This document shows positions 25,236 to 31,981 of a stretch of 32,000 nucleotides of DNA, piece after piece (positions within the stretch are counted from its first letter, which is position 1; each line of letters starts with the position of its first letter). The position numbers and the translations under genes were made by a program. The notes under the pieces are model-generated. The model was not told where the DNA came from. It did not search any database and worked only from the letters and a program-made list of their open reading frames with translations. The DNA is from Acidothermus cellulolyticus 11B (lineage in GTDB: Bacteria; Actinomycetota; Actinomycetes; Acidothermales; Acidothermaceae): the NCBI RefSeq assembly GCF_000015025.1, contig NC_008578.1:930001-962000 (forward strand), written 5' to 3'.

Positions 25236-25492
25236 AACGATTGCGGCTGACGGCTCCCATGCTTGCCGTCGCCTTGTTCATCAGCCTCCCTGCATTGCAG
25301 CACGGGCTGTTCGACCATTCCCTTTCCATCGCGAGCATGTTCATCCGCCTCGGCGTCGCCGTCGTGCTGGTGATGGTCGGCCGAGCCGTTCTCGACGTCG
25401 TCATCGACAGTTACCGTTACCAGAACTTGGTACGCCGCCGTCGCGACGAGGCAGCCCGGCGCGCGTCCGATGAATCCCCGCAGATGCGCTGA
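25232..25492 (+). CDS. small hypothetical membrane protein (86 aa, two predicted TM helices, basic/acidic tail); last gene of the flagellar operon
   Basis: There is an ATGA overlap with the PilZ gene and high third-position GC. The hydrophobic segments are APMLAVALFISLPAL and IASMFIRLGVAVVLVMVGRAVLDVVI. I recognise no family. Confidence 0.55.
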   Translation: MKRLRLTAPMLAVALFISLPALQHGLFDHSLSIASMFIRLGVAVVLVMVGRAVLDVVIDSYRYQNLVRRRRDEAARRASDESPQMR

Positions 25493-25566
25493 ATTTCGTT
25501 GCGGCGGAGGAAATGCTCCGGCACACTGCTGCGCGCGTCCGATGAATCCCCGCAGACCCGCTGAAT
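25459..25566 (+). repeat. two copies of a 36-nt box (34/36 identical) spaced 72 nt start to start; copy 1 covers the stop codon of the 86-aa ORF
   Basis: Copy 1 is GCGCGCGTCCGATGAATCCCCGCAGATGCGCTGAAT (25459-25494). Copy 2 is GCGCGCGTCCGATGAATCCCCGCAGACCCGCTGAAT (25531-25566). Confidence 0.9.
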
Positions 25567-25669
25567 CAGCCGCGCCGGGAAATCCGGCGGCGGGCCGGGC
25601 GGTTGACACCGTCGTGTTGCGTGCCCGCGATGTTGCATGGGGCCGGATGCGGGCCGGGGCGCGGTCGTC

Positions 25670-26335
25670 TCACTGTTCGTCGACCCGGGCATGTGCCCGT
25701 CGACCGAACACGTAAAGGACCAATTCAGACGGCCGGCCGATGACGATCCGCCGCGGTGGACGTCGTCCGATCACAATCTGTTGTGCCGTTCCCGCCCGCC
25801 GCAATTCGACGGCGTCCCGGCGGAGAACCAGTCGGGCGATCCGCCGCAGCCGCACCCAGAGGACCTCCTCGACGTCATCGCCCAGGTCACGGGGTTGCCA
25901 CTCCGGCTGAGCGCGGCGGACGTCCTCGTGGTGCACGAAGAATTCGATGCCGTTCGCCGCCTCGCGGAGCACCGGCCAGGCAAGCGGTGACCACCGGGGT
26001 GGTCCCGCGCCCAACCGTTCCACCAGCGCGGGGAAATCGCCGGCCGCCAACCGTGCCTGCGCTCGTTCGGTGTAGCGGCGCAGCAGGGGCAGTGCGATGC
26101 CGACCGCGGCGAACGGATGCGACTCGCGGAGCACCAGGTGTGCCGCGAGATCCCGGGTGCGCCAGCCCGTGCAGAGGGTCGCGGCGTCGGGTCCGAGGCG
26201 GAGCAGCAGGTCGGCCAGGGCGGCCCGCTCGCGAGGCTCGAGCGCCGTGCGGCTGGAACTCGTTGCCGTCGAGCGGGGACGCCGCGGCCTGCGGCGGGCG
26301 ATGCGGCGGAGGGAACCGGTGCGTTTCAGCGGCAC
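25670..26335 (-). CDS. TIGR03085-type / DinB-like (mycothiol maleylpyruvate isomerase N-terminal-like) metal-binding protein
   Basis: ERAALADLLLRLGPDAATLCTGWRTRDLAAHLVLRE ... EFFVHHEDVRRAQ matches my recollection of the actinobacterial TIGR03083/03085 family. ATG 26335 is the only in-frame start upstream of the conserved region. Confidence 0.65.
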   Translation of the reverse strand: MPLKRTGSLRRIARRRPRRPRSTATSSSRTALEPRERAALADLLLRLGPDAATLCTGWRTRDLAAHLVLRESHPFAAVGIALPLLRRYTERAQARLAAGDFPALVERLGAGPPRWSPLAWPVLREAANGIEFFVHHEDVRRAQPEWQPRDLGDDVEEVLWVRLRRIARLVLRRDAVELRRAGTAQQIVIGRRPPRRIVIGRPSELVLYVFGRRAHARVDEQ

Positions 26336-26383
26336 GGGGGCAGCGTAACCGCGTGACGTGAGACGGCGTATTACGGTGGGGCC

Positions 26384-27436
26384 ATGTCAAATCCGCGCGG
26401 AGCGGCTCCGCTCGAACATCGGGAACCACCGCAGCGATCTCCTGATCATGACGTCGATGTGCTGATCGTCGGTGCCGGTCCCGCCGGGCTGTACGCCGCG
26501 TACTATGCCGGCTTCCGGGCGATGTCGGTCGTGGTGCTCGACTCACTCACCGAACCCGGCGGCCAGCTGGCGGCGCTCTACCCCGAGAAGGTGATCTACG
26601 ACGTCGGCGGAATTCCGGCGATTCTCGGCCGCGAACTCGCCGCCGACCTCTACAAGCAGGCGATGACCTACAACCCGGTCATGCTCTTGGGACACGGCGC
26701 TGACCAGCTCTTCCGATTGGACGACGGAAGCTTTCTCGTGACGACGACAACCGGCCTGCTCATTCACGCGAAGGCAATCATCGTGACAGCGGGAATCGGT
26801 GTCTTCACGCCGAGACGGCTGCCGGTCGGCCAGGAGTATGAGGGGCGGGGGCTGCGGTACTTCGTCCCGAATCCGCAGGAGCTTGCCGGGAAGCGGATCC
26901 TCGTGGTCGGCGGCGGGGACAGCGCGGTCGACTACGCCCTGATGCTGGAGAAGGTCGCGGCTTCGGTCACCCTCATTCATCGCCGGCACGAGTTCCGCGC
27001 CCATGAGGCATCCGTCGAACAGTTGCGGGCTTCGTCGGTGCGCATCCTGACGCCTTACCAAGTCTCCGCGGTATACGGCGACGACCGCGTAACGGCGGTG
27101 GATGTGACCGACCACGACACGAAACACGTCGAACGATTGGACGTTGACGAAATCGTTGCGGCGCTCGGGTTCGTCGCCGAATTGGGGCCGCTCGCCGAGT
27201 GGGGGATGGAACTTCGGCAGCGGCACATCGTCGTCGACACAACGATGGCGACCAGTGTGCCGCGGATTTACGCCGCGGGTGACATCGCGGATTATCCCGG
27301 GAAAGTGAAACTCATTTCGGTGGGATTCGGTGAAGCGGCGATTGCGGTGAATAATGCCGCGGTCGCGATCGACCCGTCGAAGAAACTCTTTCCTGGGCAT
27401 TCGTCGGACCCCGACCGCCATCCCACCGAACGGTAG
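26384..27436 (+). CDS. ferredoxin-NADP+ reductase, thioredoxin-reductase-like type (YumC family)
   Basis: The sequence is near-colinear with B. subtilis YumC as I recall it. Matching segments are [63 protein letters not shown] and [29 protein letters not shown]. Confidence 0.88.
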
Positions 27437-27441
27437 GCGTC

Positions 27442-27482
27442 CGGTCACAAAGAGTGATCACTCGATCGGGGGATTGTGACCG
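27442..27482. promoter_or_regulatory. 9-bp inverted repeat with nested palindromes between the FNR gene and the next gene (terminator hairpin or operator)
   Basis: CGGTCACAA (27442-27450) pairs with TTGTGACCG (27474-27482). The 23-nt loop contains the palindromes GTGATCAC (27454-27461) and CGATCG (27463-27468). The region is locally AT-richer than its surroundings. Confidence 0.4.
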
Positions 27483-27509
27483 CTGTTCCGGGGCGAAACG
27501 CTTCCCGCC

Positions 27510-28646
27510 ATGAACGGAATTCCCCGCCGCGCGCGCGGCCGTCTGCTCCGCGCAGTGGCCGCCGTCGCGACCCTCGTGTCGGCGCTCGTCGGCACCGCAG
27601 CGGTTGCGCAACCGGCCGGCGCCGCGTCGTACGCCGTCCCGGCCTCCGTGATCGCCGACGATGCCGCGTGGATTCTACAAGGTCAACTTCCCGACGGAGC
27701 GATCGCCTGGTACATCGACAAGCAGCGCATTTCCCCATACCTGGCGAATTACGCCGCGATCGGTCTTGCCGAGGCGACACGGGTGACGGGTGACCGCCGC
27801 TATGCGGACGCGGCGTGGTCATGGCTCGTGTGGTACGCCGGCCACGAAGACGCGAATGGATTTGTCACCGACTACACCGTCGACGCCGCCGGAATTGAGA
27901 ATTCCACCGGCGACGAGGATTCGACGGACGCATACGCCGGGACATTCCTTGCCGCCGTCCGCGCCGTCTTCCGTGTCGAGCCGGACGTCGGTCGGCTCGC
28001 CGCGCTGCACGCCGGAATTCAAGGCGCCGTCCGGGCCATTCTCGCGACGCAGGACGTTGACGGGTTGACGTTCGCCAAGCCCGGCTGGCCGGTGAAATAC
28101 CTCATGGATCAGGCAGAGGCCTACCGGGGTCTGGTCTCAGCCGCCGAGTTGGGTCTCGTCCTCGGCGACGGAGTACTCGTGTGGCGCGCGCTGTCCGCGG
28201 CTGCGCGGCTGGCGGTCGGTGTCGGAAGCCTGTGGAATTCCGCGACGATGAGCTACGACTGGGCGGTCGACGCCGCCGGGCAGCGCACGGTGACGAATTG
28301 GGCGCAGTTGTATCCCGACGCGATGGAGCAGGCGTGGCTCGCCTCCACCACGGCCATCTCCCCTAACCGGGCACGCATCCTCGTTGACCAGCTGGGGGCC
28401 ACCGAATCGCAGTGGAGTCAGCCGACGGCCGGCGCGCAGATCGACGGCGCGCCGGGGACGGTCGGGTACTGGCCGCAAGCCGGGTGGGCGCTGCTCCGGC
28501 TCGGCCGGTGGGACGCCGCGCAGGCCGCCGCTGCAAGCATCCGCGCCGCAGCTCTCGCCACCGGACGGGCGTGGCCGTTCACCACTGGCGTCGCAGGGCA
28601 GTTGATCGTGCTCGAAGCGGGCGACCCATCGCTCATCCTGCCGTGA
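27510..28646 (+). CDS. secreted hypothetical protein, possibly alpha/alpha-toroid (prenyltransferase/SHC-like repeat) fold
   Basis: The N-terminus is signal-peptide-like: RRARGRLLRAVAAVATLVSALVGTAAVAQPAGA followed by ASY. There are recurrent Q..DG motifs (QLPDGAIAWY, QDVDGLTF) and Trp/Tyr/Ala-rich helices. GC3 bias is coding-like. Function is not established. Confidence 0.55.
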   Translation: MNGIPRRARGRLLRAVAAVATLVSALVGTAAVAQPAGAASYAVPASVIADDAAWILQGQLPDGAIAWYIDKQRISPYLANYAAIGLAEATRVTGDRRYADAAWSWLVWYAGHEDANGFVTDYTVDAAGIENSTGDEDSTDAYAGTFLAAVRAVFRVEPDVGRLAALHAGIQGAVRAILATQDVDGLTFAKPGWPVKYLMDQAEAYRGLVSAAELGLVLGDGVLVWRALSAAARLAVGVGSLWNSATMSYDWAVDAAGQRTVTNWAQLYPDAMEQAWLASTTAISPNRARILVDQLGATESQWSQPTAGAQIDGAPGTVGYWPQAGWALLRLGRWDAAQAAAASIRAAALATGRAWPFTTGVAGQLIVLEAGDPSLILP

Positions 28647-28747
28647 GGGACCTGGTACCGCGCCGGTGCGCCGCTTCGCCGCCGCTGTGGACCGCGCCGG
28701 TGACGCGGACCGCCGGCTGGTTTGCGGACGGGCGGTTTCCCGAGTCA

Positions 28748-28811
28748 GACCACCTGCGGATGCAGGCCGCCGACACCGACCACCTGCGGATGCAGGCCGC
28801 CGACACCGACC
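28748..28811 (+). repeat. perfect 30-bp tandem duplication (2 full units plus 4 nt)
   Basis: GACCACCTGCGGATGCAGGCCGCCGACACC occurs at 28748-28777 and again at 28778-28807, followed by GACC. Confidence 0.95.
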
Positions 28812-28983
28812 GCCCAGCTGCCCCGATTTGGGCCGCCGATCATCCTGTGATCCAGAATCTCGGCGTGGCGGGTGGCGGAACCGCTTGCGGACCGGCAGAA
28901 TGTCATCACACGTGGCGCTGGCTGCCGCACCCGCACCGAGGCCGCTGGGGAAGGCGTCCCTCGTCGAGATTGCGGAGGTACTG

Positions 28984-29463
28984 GTGGCCACGTGTGGTGT
29001 GCTCTATATTCACTCGGCGACACCGGCAGTCGTGCCTCACGTGGAGTGGGCAACCGCCGGTGTCATTGGCATGTCCGTGCACTTTGATTGGCAGGGGCAA
29101 CCGGCCGCGCCGGGTCACCTGCGGGCGGAGGTCGCTTGGAGCGGGCCGGCTGGGACGGCCGGCCGGCTGGCGTCCACCCTGCGTGGTTGGCCGATTCGCT
29201 TTGAGGTGACCGAGGATCCGAGTCCCGGAGCGGACGGCGAACGCTACGCGTTCACCCCGAGCCTTGGCCTCTACCACGCGTTGACCAGCGCCAACGGCGA
29301 CCTCGTCGTACCGGAGAACAGGCTTCGCATGCTCCTCGCCACGGGAGGCGATATCTCCGCTGCACTCGACCTGCTCCTCGGCGGACCGTGGGACGCCGAG
29401 CTTGAAGCCTTCCGGCATGCCGGTGAGGGGGCACCGGTGCGCTGGCTGCATCGGGTTGGGTGA
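28984..29463 (+). CDS. DUF3145-family protein (conserved actinobacterial protein of unknown function)
   Basis: GVLYIHSATPAVVPHVEWATAGVIG...HFDWQGQPAAPGHLRAEVAWSGPAGTAGRLASTLRGWPIRFEVTEDPSPGADGERYAFTPSLG matches my recollection of DUF3145. GTG 28984 lies 5 nt after GGAGG (28974-28978) and gives the family-typical ~160 aa. The alternative ATG 28900 and the ORF-track start 28666 have poor GC3. Confidence 0.7.
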   Translation: MATCGVLYIHSATPAVVPHVEWATAGVIGMSVHFDWQGQPAAPGHLRAEVAWSGPAGTAGRLASTLRGWPIRFEVTEDPSPGADGERYAFTPSLGLYHALTSANGDLVVPENRLRMLLATGGDISAALDLLLGGPWDAELEAFRHAGEGAPVRWLHRVG

Positions 29464-29546
29464 TCCGCCGCGGGCCGCCCGGAGTTTTCCCCTGGGTGGC
29501 CGCCGGGTCTGGTGGTCGTGGGTTCGCCCGGTACAGTAGGGGGCAC

Positions 29547-29636
29547 AGCGGAGGGGAGTATCCCCGAGCGCGTCGCTCGTCAGCACGGTCCATGACCCGG
29601 GCGTCGCGGCCCTCGTAGGCGGGAGAGACCTCCGGC
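29547..29636 (+). ncRNA. yybP-ykoY (Mn2+-sensing) riboswitch in the terC leader
   Basis: The 5' conserved GGGGAGUA (29553-29560) and the 3' conserved GGGAGAGACC (29621-29630) are closed by P1, CGGAGG (29549-29554) pairing with CCUCCG (29629-29634). There is an internal hairpin CGAGCG-cgt-CGCTCG. The downstream gene is TerC-family, the classical context for this riboswitch. Confidence 0.7.
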
Positions 29637-29659
29637 AGCCGTCGACTGCTGGAGGAACC

Positions 29660-30700
29660 GTGCTGATCATCCACTGGTGGGTCTATCTGCTCACCATCGC
29701 CGTCCTCGGGGTGCTCATCGTCGCCGACGTCTGGCTGTCGGTGCGTCGTCCGCATGTGCCGTCGATGCGCGAAGCGGCCGCTTGGATCGGCCTGTACGTC
29801 GGTCTGGCCGCCGTGTTCGCCGCCGGGCTTGGCCTGCTGAGCGGTTGGCGGTGGACGGGGGAATTCGTTGCGGGCTGGCTCACCGAATACAGTCTCTCCG
29901 TCGACAACATCTTCGTTTTTGCGCTCCTCTTCGTCTCGTTCGGTACGCCGGCGGTGTACCAACAGAAAGCGCTGCTGTGGGGAATTGTCATCGCGCTCGT
30001 CTTGCGGGGAGCGTTCATCGCGGCCGGAGCGGCGGCCATTCAACGGTTCACCGCGACGTTCTACGTCTTCGGCGCGATTCTCTTCATCACAGCGGTCCAG
30101 TTGCTCCGGAGCAGCGGGCATGCCCCCGACCCGAAACGCAATCCGCTCTGGCGGCTTGCCGCGCGCGTGCTGCCGACCACGGATTCCTATGCCGGTGGAA
30201 GAATTGTCACCCGGGACGCCGGCCGGTGGGTGACGACGCCCCTGTTTCTCGTCCTCATCGCGATCGGGACGACTGACGTGCTCTTTGCCCTCGATTCCAT
30301 TCCAGCCATTTACGGCCTGACGCGGGAGCCGTACATTGTCTTGACAGCCAATGCCTTTGCCCTCATGGGCTTGCGGCAGCTGTATTTCCTCCTGCTCGGC
30401 CTGCTCGGGCGACTCCGGTATCTGCGGCACGGCTTGGCGGTGATCCTCGGTTTCATCGGCGTGAAGCTCGTTCTCGAAGCGGCGCATCAGAGTGTCGAGG
30501 GATTGCCGGAGGTGCCCATCTGGCTCTCACTCGCGGTGATTTTCGCCGTCCTTGCGGTCACCACGCTGCTGAGCGTGCTGCGGACGGCGCGTCCCGCGCC
30601 GGTCGAGCCGGCACGGCCTAGTGGGACCGGCGGATCGAGCTCTGACGCACGATCAATTGAGCCGGGACGACGTACGAGTTCTGCGCCGCCTCACCGCTGA
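29660..30700 (+). CDS. terC: TerC-family integral membrane protein (putative Mn2+/metal efflux)
   Basis: A multi-TM protein with the TerC signature TEYSLSVDNIFVFALLF and a second repeat, ALDSIPAIYGLT. GTG 29660 follows GGAGGA (29651-29656). Confidence 0.9.
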   Translation: MLIIHWWVYLLTIAVLGVLIVADVWLSVRRPHVPSMREAAAWIGLYVGLAAVFAAGLGLLSGWRWTGEFVAGWLTEYSLSVDNIFVFALLFVSFGTPAVYQQKALLWGIVIALVLRGAFIAAGAAAIQRFTATFYVFGAILFITAVQLLRSSGHAPDPKRNPLWRLAARVLPTTDSYAGGRIVTRDAGRWVTTPLFLVLIAIGTTDVLFALDSIPAIYGLTREPYIVLTANAFALMGLRQLYFLLLGLLGRLRYLRHGLAVILGFIGVKLVLEAAHQSVEGLPEVPIWLSLAVIFAVLAVTTLLSVLRTARPAPVEPARPSGTGGSSSDARSIEPGRRTSSAPPHR

Positions 30701-31730
30701 TTTCGCTGATGAGCAGTCGGATGGCGTGCTCGCCGACGGCGGCGAAATCCTGCCGGATCGTGGTGAGGGGTGGGGCGAAGTACGCCGCCTCGGGAATGTC
30801 GTCGAAGCCGACGAGCAGAACGTCCCGCGGCACGCGGATGCCGTGTTCGTGAAACGCCCGCAGCACCCCAAGGGCCATCTGATCGTTGGCGACAAAGACC
30901 GCGTCAACCTCTTGGATCTTCTCGACCAGGAGCAAGCCCGCGCGATAGCCGGAGGCGGGCGTCCAGTCGCCGTAGAGCACACCGGGCGACTGAAGACCCG
31001 CTGCTTTCAACGCAGACCGCCAGCCGCGGGCGCGAGCCTGGGCGTGCAGCCAGCTCCGCGGGCCGGCGATGTGCCAGATGCGCTCCGCGCCATGCTCAAG
31101 GAGGTGGTTCGTGGCGAGGCGGGCGCCACCAGCTTGATCGACGTAGACAGCAGGAACGTCGCCGGCGAGCGCGTCACCAGCGGTCACCATCGGAACGCGG
31201 TGGTGCAGCGGTGAAAGGGCTTGACCGATCTGGCTGCTCGGTGCGATGACGACGATTCCCTCGACCGCCTGACTGGTCAGCCGATCGAGTCCTTCGGCGG
31301 CGCTCCGGGGGTCGACGGTTTTGATGCTGGTGATGGTGAGGGAGAACCCGGCACGCCGGGCGGCGTTCTCGACCGCGTAAAGGGTTCCAGCCGGCCCATA
31401 CAGCGTGGTGTCGATCGTGAGGACACCGATGACTCCCGAGCGGCGAGTCGCCAGCGCCCGGGCGGCGGTGTTCGGCTGGTAACCAAGCTCTTTGATCGCA
31501 GCCAGTACCCGTCGCCGTGTCTCCTCGCGGACCGCCGTGTGATTGTTCAAGACCCGCGAGACCGTCATGTGCGAGACGCCGGCAAGCCGTGCGACGTCCG
31601 CCATGTTCACCGGCCGGGCCTGGGCGCGCGCCGTCCGAGCCTGCGTGGGTTCGGCGGCTGGCAGCGATCGACCGGTGTGAGCGGATGGCAACCGTCGTGA
31701 GCGGGTTCGGTCAGCCATGGCCTTCCGCAT
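30618..31730 (-). CDS. LacI-family transcriptional regulator
   Basis: The N-terminal HTH is NMADVARLAGVSHMTVSRVLNNH. It is followed by a periplasmic-binding-protein-like sugar-binding core (GVIGVLT..., IVVIAP, VGFDDIPEAAYFAPPLTTIRQD). The true start may be internal (GTG 31610 or ATG 31604), because the first ~40 aa are Arg-rich with weaker GC3. Confidence 0.85.
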   Translation of the reverse strand: MRKAMADRTRSRRLPSAHTGRSLPAAEPTQARTARAQARPVNMADVARLAGVSHMTVSRVLNNHTAVREETRRRVLAAIKELGYQPNTAARALATRRSGVIGVLTIDTTLYGPAGTLYAVENAARRAGFSLTITSIKTVDPRSAAEGLDRLTSQAVEGIVVIAPSSQIGQALSPLHHRVPMVTAGDALAGDVPAVYVDQAGGARLATNHLLEHGAERIWHIAGPRSWLHAQARARGWRSALKAAGLQSPGVLYGDWTPASGYRAGLLLVEKIQEVDAVFVANDQMALGVLRAFHEHGIRVPRDVLLVGFDDIPEAAYFAPPLTTIRQDFAAVGEHAIRLLISEISGEAAQNSYVVPAQLIVRQSSIRRSH

Positions 31731-31878
31731 CGTCGAGTGGCTCCGTACCGCAGACGGTCACCGGGTGAGGGAGTGGATCGGCGCTCTCAGCATATCGCGC
31801 TGGTCGCAGGCGCCCAGGCTTGCCGCTGACCGAGATCCGGTGAGGTTGCGCGGTCGCGTTCGCCCTGCGGCGTACAGC

Positions 31879-31892
31879 AGTTAGCGCTCACA
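31879..31892. promoter_or_regulatory. candidate LacI-family operator (lac-operator-like palindrome)
   Basis: AGTTAGCGCTCACA compares with the ideal symmetric lac operator core TGTGAGCGCTCACA. The right half is perfect and the left half is 5/7. It lies in the divergent region between the LacI-family gene and the + strand gene starting at 31982. Confidence 0.35.
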
Positions 31893-31981
31893 TTTAGTGG
31901 CCGGTGTCCAACGTGCCGCGCACGAGCAGCGTCGGCAACTTTTCGGTCCTCATCCTGTATAGGGACTCAAGGAGGCCGACA

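Noticed and set aside
25459-25566. CRISPR-like geometry: a 36-nt repeat, a 36-nt spacer and another 36-nt repeat
   Set aside because: There are only two copies, with two mismatches. I found no third copy at the expected positions on either side, and no cas genes are in the window. Copy 1 is the coding 3' end of an ORF. It is reported as an unexplained repeat instead.
25603-25634. Perfect TTGACA hexamer at 25603-25608, downstream of the flagellar operon
   Set aside because: No convincing -10 lies 16-19 nt downstream. A promoter here would fire only into the 3' end of the convergent minus-strand gene. A single hexamer match is expected by chance.
28137-28991. 284-aa minus-strand ORF and 265-aa + strand ORFs (28412-29209, 28666-29463) spanning the secreted-protein/DUF3145 spacer
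   Set aside because: The translations are Arg/Pro/Gly-rich, and the repeat-derived peptides are simply the 30-bp duplication read in different frames. They overlap well-supported genes. Only the local frame-2 periodicity at 28643-28815 seemed worth reporting, and it is given as a finding.
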